This document shows positions 29,442 to 39,196 of a DNA stretch of 54,754 nt, piece after piece (the stretch's first letter is position 1; each line of letters starts with the position of its first letter). The stretch lies in the IMG/VR virus record IMGVR_UViG_3300000234_000006, positions 1-54,754 of that record. One strand, given 5' to 3'. This DNA comes from a virus. Its lineage: Duplodnaviria > Caudoviricetes. The notes under the pieces were generated by a model that saw nothing but the letters and a program-made list of their open reading frames with translations, did no database searches and was not told the origin of the DNA. The position numbers and the translations under genes are program-made.

Positions 29442-30547
29442 TTCGACTTCATGCTCCTAACGTAGTGCTTCGATATTATATTTGAATCATCATCAGAAGT
29501 AAACTCAAGTAAACTTGGTTCGGACTTATGACAGTATTTCATAAGAAGAGTTTTTCCGGTTGTATAAGTTGAAAAATTTGAAATTATTTTAATAGGAAAG
29601 TCGGCTTTGAATTCTTTACCCTTACGAAGGGTACATGGGAAACTAGATAAAACACTACCATTGGCACTAAAAATAAGGTTTCCGTCATCATAAAGCATAC
29701 TAAGACGGCCAGTTGCGTCTATGGCGACGTTTGACCAATTCATAGATTCATTGAAAATTTCTTTGGAAATGGAGATTTCAACTTCAAACTCATCGGAAAT
29801 TTTCTGTATAGGGAGCTTTTTACCAGTTATTTGAGTAAAAGAAAGGTATACTTTATTTTCCTGGCTAGTGAAATATAAATGCTTATTATCAAAACCGATT
29901 TTTACAGGTTTATCCTTATGCTGAGAACAAAAAGACCTGATAATGGGAATATCCGACGAAATTATTGAGATATCGAGGTCTATTGAATCCGAGAAAACAA
30001 GAGAGGAGTAAGTCCTGGCGTTGGAATAAACACATTTTAAATCAGAATAAAAATGGACTTGGTTTATCTTCATATCCTCATCAGTCTTGGTATCTTTGAC
30101 CAAAGCTGAACAGGAAACCAACCTCATACATTCTTCAAAAACTTTCGGATTTATCGAATGGAGGTCAGAAGGTATCGTCTTGTCCAAGAAAGATGGTCTT
30201 CCCGCGTTTTTTGTACGAGAAGCTATATTAGCCTGACGAGTTTGAGAACCGCTTGAGTGCTTTATTGAAAGCCCTTTACTGTTTATTATAAAATCGGTTT
30301 CTTCTAATTTTGACTCTAAAACTGATTGTTTTTCGAATGGAAGATAAAAATCGTCAGAAACGAAATCATCTTCAACATCTGAGTATGAAGATTCAATAGT
30401 TGCTGAGGCAACTTTCCTCTTGTCATAAGAGGAAAGTTTCATGCTCTTACCTGAAAAAGATAGTATATAATCGTTCGTTACAGGTCTTACAAGTTTTACC
30501 AAAGAAAAAGCAGAGCTTAATTCTTTGGTATTGAAAGTAAACTTCAT
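29438..30547 (-). CDS. dnaN: DNA polymerase III beta sliding clamp-like protein
   Basis: 369 aa, MKFTFNTKELSSAF start, three-domain beta-alpha pattern; co-occurs with dnaX/holA/holB. Confidence 0.65.
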   Translation of the reverse strand: MKFTFNTKELSSAFSLVKLVRPVTNDYILSFSGKSMKLSSYDKRKVASATIESSYSDVEDDFVSDDFYLPFEKQSVLESKLEETDFIINSKGLSIKHSSGSQTRQANIASRTKNAGRPSFLDKTIPSDLHSINPKVFEECMRLVSCSALVKDTKTDEDMKINQVHFYSDLKCVYSNARTYSSLVFSDSIDLDISIISSDIPIIRSFCSQHKDKPVKIGFDNKHLYFTSQENKVYLSFTQITGKKLPIQKISDEFEVEISISKEIFNESMNWSNVAIDATGRLSMLYDDGNLIFSANGSVLSSFPCTLRKGKEFKADFPIKIISNFSTYTTGKTLLMKYCHKSEPSLLEFTSDDDSNIISKHYVRSMKSK

Positions 30548-30825
30548 TTAGAAATCTCCTGGAACATGGGACCTATAATTCTTTCAGCCTCGGAGATTTC
30601 AGTTTCGAAGTTTACTATTTTTATCCTTATGACTTCTTCAAGCTTTTTAATGTCGTCTTCAAGTTCGTCTGGATCAAAACCAAGCTTCTTGATTTCATCA
30701 GTGACAAGAGAAAGGTCACTTTTCTTGGACTGATATACGGCTTTTACGGCTTCGTGCTTTTTTGAAAGTTCAGTATATCTCTCGTTCAGATCGTTCAGCT
30801 TGACTTCCAGGTCGATGCTTGACAT
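30544..30825 (-). CDS. Small coiled-coil protein
   Basis: 93 aa with heptad pattern and central GFDPDEL turn. Confidence 0.55.
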   Translation of the reverse strand: MSSIDLEVKLNDLNERYTELSKKHEAVKAVYQSKKSDLSLVTDEIKKLGFDPDELEDDIKKLEEVIRIKIVNFETEISEAERIIGPMFQEISK

Positions 30826-30828
30826 GGA

Positions 30829-31710
30829 TTATAGTACATCTAAACCACCCATTTCTTCTTCGGACAAAATCGTTTTCTTTTGAAGATTGAGTTTAAAATA
30901 TTCATTTCCCTCAGGACAAACAGGTCTATAATCACAAAGTTTGCATTCAGAAGAAGGTTTTGTAGGGAAAGAAGACTCACGAATTTTATTTGCGACATTA
31001 AAAATATCATTAAGTAACCTTTTGACGTCATCTTTAGAGTATGAAATATAAGAAATAGGATCTTCAGGAAAAGACCAGTAAATGAAACCAATTTGATTTG
31101 GATATACTCCATTTCGGGAGTAATAAAGAAAAGAATACCATATCACCTGAACTGGATCAGTATATTTGTCTCTATATATAGAAGACTTCCCATCAAAAAG
31201 AGAAACGTTTATTTTATCATTCGAATGACAAAAGTCCGCTTTTCCTCCTATTTTTAATTCAAAATCATACGACTTATGTTTGAAAGTTGAAGAAAGATCG
31301 ACTTCAGCCCAAGAATGTCTGGATATTAGTTTATTGCTTCTGATTATTTCAATACAAGTCGGAACAGAATCATGGAGTTTCCTATTGAGTTCATTTATAT
31401 AAGAATGATTGTTATAATCAGGAAACCTAGAAAGAGATTCTTTTATGGCATCTTTTATTGAATTTTTGGAAACTTCAACTGGGTTATCGCTGTTCCAAAA
31501 GCTTCTATTATAAAACCACTCCATGACTTTTCCTAGAGCTGATCCATATAAACTGGTGGTGGGGTCAATAACGACGTCCGGTTTAATGATATAAGAAAGT
31601 TGATATTTTCTGGGGCATATTGAATATGTTTTATATCCAGAATAACTAAGATAATCAGTTCCAGACCCAGAGTAACTAGAATAATCAACCATCTTCAACT
31701 CCTCCTTCAT
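30829..31710 (-). CDS. PD-(D/E)XK (RecB/Cas4-like) nuclease with Fe-S staple
   Basis: LSYS..CPRK, GKADF..FDGK..Q..Y, C-terminal CKLCDYRPVC. Confidence 0.8.
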   Translation of the reverse strand: MKEELKMVDYSSYSGSGTDYLSYSGYKTYSICPRKYQLSYIIKPDVVIDPTTSLYGSALGKVMEWFYNRSFWNSDNPVEVSKNSIKDAIKESLSRFPDYNNHSYINELNRKLHDSVPTCIEIIRSNKLISRHSWAEVDLSSTFKHKSYDFELKIGGKADFCHSNDKINVSLFDGKSSIYRDKYTDPVQVIWYSFLYYSRNGVYPNQIGFIYWSFPEDPISYISYSKDDVKRLLNDIFNVANKIRESSFPTKPSSECKLCDYRPVCPEGNEYFKLNLQKKTILSEEEMGGLDVL

Positions 31711-32665
31711 CTATAGATTCCATGATATTAATAATCATATTTTTTAGATCATCCGGATAGTCATTGAGTTTTTTCATTTTTTCTTCTTTTGTTTGTGAAG
31801 ATCCTGCTTGTTCCTTAAGATGCTTGATAAAATCATCGAGATTTTTCTTCTCCGACTCTATCCTTTTCTTCTTCTCAAAATCAAATACTTCCGATGCATC
31901 TTTATGAGGTATGACGATTTCTTCAACTGATATCCCAGAACTTGATATATTAATCATAGACATTTTAGGTTTTCTTTCTATATTCTCAAGAGTTAAAGCG
32001 CCTCTCGATACAGCACCTAAGTTTATGAACTTTACTCCCATATGATCAACTATCCCTTGATCTTTATGATAATGCCCAAAAACGTAAACATCAGGACAAC
32101 CCTCGAAAACAAGGTCTCTATAATCAAATATTTTTTCATTAAAAAATGTCTGAATCTTTTCCTCCGGAGCCATAGCAGCTAAAGCGTGAACAATGGCAAT
32201 GGTGTAGTTTTCATCTTTCTTTTTAACTTTGTCTTGTAAATATCCGTCATCCATGTCAGTTGTGTAATCGACACCGACAACTCTTATTTTCGTACTACCT
32301 TGTTCAAATGTCTTTTCAGAAAGATGATTGAAAAGACCAGAATTATATAAAACACCAAGTGGCTGTCTGTCGATGGTGTCAGGGTTATTCATCGACATAT
32401 CATGATTTCCGCTTATGGAATAAACTTCCCCATGATAATTCTTATGAAGATTAAATACAGATGAAAGAGTGGACATTGAAGTCCTGCTTGACTTCTTCAA
32501 ATGAAAGAAGTCACCTCCTCTTATAAAAACATCAGATAAACTGGAGCGGGAAAGTTGACCCTGCCATTCAAGAATTGATAAAATATCGGATCTATAGTCA
32601 TCTTTTCGAGATGATGGGTTTACGTCTGAAAGATGTTCATCTGAAGATGTCAAAATACGAAACAT
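31685..32665 (-). CDS. sbcD: SbcD/Mre11-like metallophosphoesterase nuclease
   Basis: SDEH, GGDFFH, GNHD, VH, GHYH, NLG motifs. Confidence 0.85.
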   Translation of the reverse strand: MFRILTSSDEHLSDVNPSSRKDDYRSDILSILEWQGQLSRSSLSDVFIRGGDFFHLKKSSRTSMSTLSSVFNLHKNYHGEVYSISGNHDMSMNNPDTIDRQPLGVLYNSGLFNHLSEKTFEQGSTKIRVVGVDYTTDMDDGYLQDKVKKKDENYTIAIVHALAAMAPEEKIQTFFNEKIFDYRDLVFEGCPDVYVFGHYHKDQGIVDHMGVKFINLGAVSRGALTLENIERKPKMSMINISSSGISVEEIVIPHKDASEVFDFEKKKRIESEKKNLDDFIKHLKEQAGSSQTKEEKMKKLNDYPDDLKNMIINIMESIDEGGVEDG

Positions 32666-32687
32666 TATTCATATTACATCATGAATT

Positions 32688-33239
32688 TTATATTTTTGTC
32701 TCCCCGAAACTCGCCACATAATTATGGTAAGCAAATTCTTGTTTTTCACACTTATGGGGCTTCCCACGTTTATCAAGAAATAAAGAAGATTTTTTACTAA
32801 AAGAGTATATAAATGTCCAGTCGAATAATGAAAACTCGATATCTGCTTCTCCACTACTGATAACAAATTCACCTCTTAAAAGTATTTGACAATGATCTAT
32901 ACTTTTATTGAAAGCTTCTATTTTTTCAATATCTTTAACAACAGTCCCTAAGTTAGAAAGTCCTTGTAAACTATCAATGTTATAGGAAAGTTCTTCCGAT
33001 TTTGTCTCGTGAACCGAGTCCACAATAGAAAGTAAAGAATACTCTTGAAATATCATTCCTCTAACAAAAGGATCTAAATCCTTAAAAGAACCAGAAAAAA
33101 CCGCACCATTCTTTGGCCTTTCGAATTTTAAAACCATGGATTCACCACTTGGACTCCAAATGTATATACCCTTTTTTCTTAAATAAGAAATAATTTTATA
33201 CATGGTTAAATAAACCTGAATACTATGGTTTTCGGACAT
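32688..33239 (-). CDS. Hypothetical protein
   Basis: 183-aa ORF in operon context. Confidence 0.5.
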   Translation of the reverse strand: MSENHSIQVYLTMYKIISYLRKKGIYIWSPSGESMVLKFERPKNGAVFSGSFKDLDPFVRGMIFQEYSLLSIVDSVHETKSEELSYNIDSLQGLSNLGTVVKDIEKIEAFNKSIDHCQILLRGEFVISSGEADIEFSLFDWTFIYSFSKKSSLFLDKRGKPHKCEKQEFAYHNYVASFGETKI

Positions 33240-33253
33240 GTTTTATCTCAAAT

Positions 33254-33286
33254 ATGGATGAGGCCACACTATGTGGCCTCATCCAT
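33254..33286. terminator. Perfect 15-bp hairpin (terminator or processing site) after vWA gene
   Basis: ATGGATGAGGCCACA-CTA-TGTGGCCTCATCCAT in the intergenic gap. Confidence 0.7.
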
Positions 33287-33294
33287 GAAAGAAA

Positions 33295-35571
33295 TTACAG
33301 TTTAATTTCTATTTCTTTCATATCTATCTTTAATTCAAGGTCTTCGCCTGCAAAATTGAATTTAAGTGTGTTTTCATCCAAAGAAGAAAACTCGGTAAAC
33401 CACGTTTGACCCAAAACCAAAGAAAATATGATTTTTGCCTTGTTTTGAATAAGACTACGGACATTTTCCGTACATATCTTCTGTTGCAACTCAATCCACG
33501 ACTTCAAGGTTTCGGGCTTTGAGGATGCAGAGTAGGTATTATACCCATCAAGCGCTTCCTTCATCAAGCGCCCAGGTCCATTCAGTTTGTTTTTCTTGAT
33601 TTGTTCCTCAAGTTCCTTCATCGAAGGAAGCTTTGAATAACCCTTCAGAGAAACTGAAACCTGTTTTCCAAGGTAAAAATCAGAAGAAGGAGCATAGACA
33701 GTTTTCGGGGCGTATCCGTTTTTGGTGATACCAATGCTGCTCAGGAATTCCAGTTCAGGTTCGCCAAAATTATATCCCTGAATTTGGTTTGACTTAGTGT
33801 CCTTTACTTCAGAAGAGAAATGATTATAAATCTTCTGATGAGCTCTCATTTTCGTTAGATTGTATTCAAGAACTCCAAGGTCATGCGCCGAAACATTTCT
33901 TACCATAGAACGGTTTATAACCGGCAAAGAAGTTAAATCTATTTCCATTGTGTTATCTTCAGTGATAGTGAAGCTTACCGAATTATTATTAAAATGATGT
34001 ACGAAGTCAGAAGGCTTCTTGGTATAAATAGGAAGTTTCTTTATATTAACTATCCCATCCGTGATTATAGAGTAATCTCTGAAAACAAAACTATTTACCT
34101 CTTTGTTGTTTTTGAGATCCAAGTCAGGAGGAGTTGTCCCGAGGTTAACAACACAATCTCTTATTACAGAGAAAGAAATGTTTGGCCTCTCCTCATTATA
34201 TTTGATAGCACGAATAGGATACCCAACATCTGAAGTCTTAAACTTCATGCTTGGAGGATAAGGTCTGTTCACAATAATAGCGTTGATTTTTTCCTGTATA
34301 CTCCTCACATCATCTAGGTTAGACGAATTTGAAAGTTCTGAAGCAAGTGATTTGATTTCTTCTTTTTCAGAATCACTGATAGAAGATGAAGACTCAACTC
34401 TTGCTCGACTTATCCGGTTATACTTGAAACTCTCGTGATCGAGTTGGACGCCAGCGTTGTTTTCAACAAGAAATTCCAAAAGGTCAAGAATCGTGTAAGC
34501 ATCCTCTTTTGGAAGGAAGTTTACATCAGTTCCCTCTTCGAAACGACCTTTACCAAAGGCAGCTTCCTTTGCAAGGTCGCAGAAGTTTTTATACTTCTGC
34601 TTACCGAAGCACGAAGAAAAGAGTTTGATGAATTTGACATCTCCCATAGATGATAATATCTTATATATCATATTTGAATCCATCCTCATACCATAAACAT
34701 TGAGGGAAGCATAAAAACAAGAAATGACGAAATTAGTGTTTATCTCCCATTTAATACTATTTTTGAAGTTAGGACGTGAATTGCTATAATAGGAGAACTC
34801 CGTTCCATCCGGAACAGACACAAAATTTTCTCCATCTTTTTCATATACTTCGTAAACAAATATTGAGTTATCGGAAAGAGAAAAAGCCAAAGTGGCGTCA
34901 GAAGTTACTTTGACTTCAACTCTGGGAGTGGAGTTCACGTTTTTCGAAAAGACATTTTCCAGAGCGGGAGCGTAAGAATCGAAGTTCTCACTCAAAATAA
35001 GTTCACCGCCTACCATAGAAGCCATTTTTGACATCAAAGGTCGGTTGCAATAATATCCATATTCAACAAACGTTGCGGAATTTATAACAGATTTTAACGA
35101 ATTTATGGTGTCAAGAATTTTATCTTGAGAAGATTGATTATCATGACCATCGCTCATAAAGAAAAGAGAAAAAGATCCAGGATTCTTTTTCTTCAGAGAT
35201 TCAACTAAAATAAAAGCATCTTTCAAAGGACCAACAAAACCGGTGAGGCCAACAGGCTTCAACCAGCGATCTACTGCGTTATTTACATCATTCAAGTCTT
35301 TCAAACTTGAAAGTTTTTCACCAGATAGAAGGACCCCGTGTTCAGAAGAACCTGAGAACCAAATAATACTTAGAGTATCATCCTCATGGATGATCTTCGG
35401 GACTTTTTTCTTTATTTGCTCCCTGATAAGAGGGAGTTCATAAGACATACTTCCAGAACAGTCGATGACCAGTATATGATTTACCGGGTCTCTTTTCTTG
35501 AGAGGTTCGGAAGAAGTTTTGACCAAATTCAGGAAAAGACTATTTGAAATTTCATGTGTATGAATTAGCAT
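33295..35571 (-). CDS. von Willebrand factor A domain protein
   Basis: MIDAS DCSGSM, T, FMSDG; likely start ATG 35571 (track start 35577). Confidence 0.75.
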   Translation of the reverse strand: MLIHTHEISNSLFLNLVKTSSEPLKKRDPVNHILVIDCSGSMSYELPLIREQIKKKVPKIIHEDDTLSIIWFSGSSEHGVLLSGEKLSSLKDLNDVNNAVDRWLKPVGLTGFVGPLKDAFILVESLKKKNPGSFSLFFMSDGHDNQSSQDKILDTINSLKSVINSATFVEYGYYCNRPLMSKMASMVGGELILSENFDSYAPALENVFSKNVNSTPRVEVKVTSDATLAFSLSDNSIFVYEVYEKDGENFVSVPDGTEFSYYSNSRPNFKNSIKWEINTNFVISCFYASLNVYGMRMDSNMIYKILSSMGDVKFIKLFSSCFGKQKYKNFCDLAKEAAFGKGRFEEGTDVNFLPKEDAYTILDLLEFLVENNAGVQLDHESFKYNRISRARVESSSSISDSEKEEIKSLASELSNSSNLDDVRSIQEKINAIIVNRPYPPSMKFKTSDVGYPIRAIKYNEERPNISFSVIRDCVVNLGTTPPDLDLKNNKEVNSFVFRDYSIITDGIVNIKKLPIYTKKPSDFVHHFNNNSVSFTITEDNTMEIDLTSLPVINRSMVRNVSAHDLGVLEYNLTKMRAHQKIYNHFSSEVKDTKSNQIQGYNFGEPELEFLSSIGITKNGYAPKTVYAPSSDFYLGKQVSVSLKGYSKLPSMKELEEQIKKNKLNGPGRLMKEALDGYNTYSASSKPETLKSWIELQQKICTENVRSLIQNKAKIIFSLVLGQTWFTEFSSLDENTLKFNFAGEDLELKIDMKEIEIKL

Positions 35572-35583
35572 ACACAATTTACA

Positions 35584-37845
35584 CTAAGATTCGTTTACCT
35601 TTTTGGTTATGGAAACCTTCGTGAGTTCACAAAGATTAGTATTTCTTCTTGAATCTTTATCAATACTGGCGGCTACTCGAAATGCATCAAGTTCGCCAAT
35701 CATGAATACTTTTTTCTTAGCTCTTGTTAAAGCTGTGTAAACCAAGTTCTTATAAAGCATAACACCATACGAGTATGTCATTGGCATAACAACATAGTCA
35801 TACTCCTGGCCTTGAACTTTATGGACTGTTACAGCATACGCGACTTTCAATTTATCTCTAGATTCAGCAATGTTAAATTCTATCGTTTTATCGTGATATG
35901 AATTGTTTTCAGAGTCATACCAATTGAAAACCTTTATTGTTATTTTATCATCTTTCAAAGAAATATTGGTAACTTTGCCAACGTCTCCATTATAAACACC
36001 ATTTTGATAGTCATTTTTGACGATCATAACTCTATCGCCAATATAAATGTCAACTTCACCAATTTTAACCTTTGGGGATTCATATTCAAAATCTGTGTTC
36101 AGAATTTCTCTCAAATTCTCGTTTAAATTATTAACTCCGTTTATACCGTTGTACATCGGAGCTATCACCTGAAAATTTCTTTTCTTCTCGAAAAGAACAG
36201 AAGCCAAGTTTGTTATGTGTCCAAGTATCGATTCTTTATTACATGGTATATAAGTTATTTCAGATTGAGAGTCTATTTTTATGTCTATAGGTTCATTTTT
36301 CAAAATGGAATGGGCAGTTGTTATGATAGAGCTAAGTTTTTGCTGCCTATAAATATCTGTGAGTTTTACATGCCCGATTATATTATCTTTCCCAAGTTCA
36401 ATAAGCTGAGATAAAACGCTCCCAGATCCAACAGAAGGAAGCTGGGCATCATCACCAACCATAACGAGAGTCGTGTTTTCAGAAAGTGACTTTAAAAGTG
36501 TATGGAATAAGCGAGCGTCAATCATCGACATTTCGTCGATAATAACAACACTAGATTGAAACCTATTGTCCTGATTAAACATCCAGGTATCGGAAATAGG
36601 ATTATAACCAAGACCTCTGTGGATAGTTGTTGCTGGGACGCCGGTTACCTGAGAGATTCTCTTTGCAGCTATACCAGTGGGGGACATTAGGGAGAAATCT
36701 ATACTATTATATTTCAGCATTTTCACTATAGCAGAAATGAGAAGGGTTTTTCCGGTTCCAGGATATCCGGTAATAACACAAACTTTATGCTCCGAAAGCA
36801 TGTGGAAAGCTGATTTTTGCTGATCAGAAAGTATTATATCATTTTCAGCCTCATATTTATTTATGGAAGATTCAACCTGTTCTTTTGAAAAATTCGGGCT
36901 ACCAATAAGTTTGGCTAGAAATGAAGAAGCACCATTTTCATATTCAAAATCAGAAGATATATATAAACATCTTCGACCGTCAGAAGTGTTATAATACTTT
37001 ATCTTGTCATCAACCTCCAGCGCTTTCAAGGCATCATAAAAAACAGTTGATGGGAGATTTGAATCTGTGAAAAATTTACTATTTATATAATTCTTTATAG
37101 TATCTGAATCTGTGAACATATTTCCATTTTGGAAGTTCACTTCATTTATAGAATGAAGTATCATGCACTTAATACGAGATTCATTTAAAACATCAAAACC
37201 TAAATTTAGGGCTATTCTGTCGATAGAACCAAACCCTATACCATTAACGTCAAAAAGTATATAAGGATTTTTCTTAATAAGTTCTAACGTACCAGAATCT
37301 ATGCGGAATGAACTGAGAAAGGATTTTACCTGTTTAGTATTTAACCCATTATCAGTTAAAAATATTACAACACTTCTGTTGCAATTTGAATTCGACCACT
37401 CTGCTATAATGGAACTTATCTGACTTTTATTTAAAAATCCGGCTTCCGAAATTCGTTCAGGACTGTCATTGAGTACATTGATGAGGTCTTCACCGAAAAA
37501 ATCATATAATTTTTCGGCTGTTATAGGTCCTATTGATTTAACATTGCTTACAAGATATTTTACTACGCCAATTTTCCCACTGTCTGGGATGATGTTACAA
37601 GACAAAGCGTGGATTTGATATCCATACTTTGGATGTTTATCGACAGAACCTTTTATTGATACCTTAACTCCAGGTTCTATCTTCACCCCAAAAAATTGAC
37701 CTCGAACAGAAATGTTATCGTTTTTATCTAAAAGATCTGGATAGTCATCAAATTCAGATGTGTCATTGAATTTTGCTTTGAATATATAAAAACCATTAGA
37801 ATGATTACTATATATTACCGAAGTGACTTTCGCTATAAGTTCCAT
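35584..37845 (-). CDS. recD2: RecD2-like SF1B helicase
   Basis: HPKYG.Q, HhH IGPITAEK, GYPGTGKT, SPTGIAAK, TIHR, DEMSM, GDDAQLPSV, YRQ, AYAVTVHKVQGQE, YTALTRAK. Confidence 0.92.
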   Translation of the reverse strand: MELIAKVTSVIYSNHSNGFYIFKAKFNDTSEFDDYPDLLDKNDNISVRGQFFGVKIEPGVKVSIKGSVDKHPKYGYQIHALSCNIIPDSGKIGVVKYLVSNVKSIGPITAEKLYDFFGEDLINVLNDSPERISEAGFLNKSQISSIIAEWSNSNCNRSVVIFLTDNGLNTKQVKSFLSSFRIDSGTLELIKKNPYILFDVNGIGFGSIDRIALNLGFDVLNESRIKCMILHSINEVNFQNGNMFTDSDTIKNYINSKFFTDSNLPSTVFYDALKALEVDDKIKYYNTSDGRRCLYISSDFEYENGASSFLAKLIGSPNFSKEQVESSINKYEAENDIILSDQQKSAFHMLSEHKVCVITGYPGTGKTLLISAIVKMLKYNSIDFSLMSPTGIAAKRISQVTGVPATTIHRGLGYNPISDTWMFNQDNRFQSSVVIIDEMSMIDARLFHTLLKSLSENTTLVMVGDDAQLPSVGSGSVLSQLIELGKDNIIGHVKLTDIYRQQKLSSIITTAHSILKNEPIDIKIDSQSEITYIPCNKESILGHITNLASVLFEKKRNFQVIAPMYNGINGVNNLNENLREILNTDFEYESPKVKIGEVDIYIGDRVMIVKNDYQNGVYNGDVGKVTNISLKDDKITIKVFNWYDSENNSYHDKTIEFNIAESRDKLKVAYAVTVHKVQGQEYDYVVMPMTYSYGVMLYKNLVYTALTRAKKKVFMIGELDAFRVAASIDKDSRRNTNLCELTKVSITKKVNES

Positions 37846-37847
37846 TT

Positions 37848-38651
37848 TTAACTTCCACTAAGCAAAGACTGAAAACCAGCCTCATCAATTATTGTAACAT
37901 TATACTTCTTAGCTTTTTGCATTTTTGAAGTATTGGAATTAGTTTCATTGGTAATAAGATAATCAGTGGAGGAACCTACTGAATCTTTAACAATCCCTCC
38001 GTTTTCTTCTATTATGGATTCAAGTTTATTTCTCGGGACACTAGTTGCCCCAGTTATACAAAAAGTCTTACCAATAAGAGGACCAGAAACCTCCTTAAAA
38101 GTCAACTTCGAAGCTAATGAAAGAATGGACTCTTTACGATAAGACAAAGAATCAAAAATATCGTTGGCCGTTATAGGGCCAACATTTGGGACTTTTAAAA
38201 GGTCTTCCAAACTCATAGAAAAGAAATAATCCAAGAAATCAATATTCAAATTCTGGCTTTGGAAATGATGATATACATCGTGGGATGTTGAAGTGGAAAG
38301 ATTCCTTATATTCAAAGAGCCTAAAAATGAATCATATGTCATATTCTTTTTACTATGGAGTTCATTATATAACTTGGTGGCCATTTTCATACCAGAGCAA
38401 TGGATCGATAAATCGTGGGCGGATAAATCATAAATTTCATGTAAATCATTAACATACGTCATGTTCGACGAATTAACTAAAGAATTTAGTACAGCGTCAC
38501 CCCAATTTAGGATGTTGAGTTTTTTAATCCAAGTTTTTAAAGTTCCAAGTAGCTGACTTGGACAACTTTTGTTGGTGCAGTATAAAAACTGACCAATTAT
38601 TTTAGTTTCTTCTGAACAAGAAGGACATTTATTTGGGTATTCAAATTTCAC
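37848..38651 (-). CDS. ligA: NAD-dependent DNA ligase C-terminal half (Zn finger-HhH-BRCT)
   Basis: PNKCPSC..YCTNKSC Zn finger, HhH VPNVGPITA, BRCT GKTFCITG..GG..SV..TDYLI..SK..KA. Confidence 0.85.
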   Translation of the reverse strand: MKFEYPNKCPSCSEETKIIGQFLYCTNKSCPSQLLGTLKTWIKKLNILNWGDAVLNSLVNSSNMTYVNDLHEIYDLSAHDLSIHCSGMKMATKLYNELHSKKNMTYDSFLGSLNIRNLSTSTSHDVYHHFQSQNLNIDFLDYFFSMSLEDLLKVPNVGPITANDIFDSLSYRKESILSLASKLTFKEVSGPLIGKTFCITGATSVPRNKLESIIEENGGIVKDSVGSSTDYLITNETNSNTSKMQKAKKYNVTIIDEAGFQSLLSGS

Positions 38652-38664
38652 ATTTGATTATACA

Positions 38665-39150
38665 TCAATCGTCATCATCTTCTTCGTCGTCGGAGTCATC
38701 ATCAGAATCGTCGTCATCTTCTTCCGACTCATCTTCTTCGTCAGATTCGTCAGAATCATCGTCTTCCGAGTCATCATTCTCCAGGGCGGGGGGCGTTGAC
38801 CCTGGTTCTGCACCACCGAATGGTACAAAGTTTTCTGATTCTTCAGGGGTAACATTTCCATAACTGAATTCATTATCAGCCATGGTGAGTTTACCTTCAT
38901 AAAAAGCCTTCGAAAAAGCAGAAAGCTCTGTTCCTATCGAAAGAACAGATTCAGATATTTTCATTAAACGGTCGAGTTCCTCACCAACGAAATCGCTCTG
39001 AAGTCTGGCGAGCTTAGCATATAAAACATGGGAATCTTTTAAAACGTCAGCGACGTAAGAATTCACTCTCTGCCATTCTGAGTCACGGTCTGAATTAGAG
39101 GCAACCTTAAAATTCTTTAATACCTGATCTGCAGCTTTTTTTATCCTCAT
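38665..39150 (-). CDS. Hypothetical protein with long poly-acidic C-terminal tail
   Basis: Likely start ATG 39150 (MRIKKAADQVLKNFKVAS); the final ~37 residues are all D/E/S. Confidence 0.65.
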   Translation of the reverse strand: MRIKKAADQVLKNFKVASNSDRDSEWQRVNSYVADVLKDSHVLYAKLARLQSDFVGEELDRLMKISESVLSIGTELSAFSKAFYEGKLTMADNEFSYGNVTPEESENFVPFGGAEPGSTPPALENDDSEDDDSDESDEEDESEEDDDDSDDDSDDEEDDDD

Positions 39151-39196
39151 GATAAAAATTAGAAAGAAAAAAAAGTTCAAATAATGTAAATTTGAT

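Noticed and set aside
30829-31710. Cas4 as evidence of a CRISPR system
   Set aside because: Standalone PD-(D/E)XK nuclease in a recombination cluster, common in phages.
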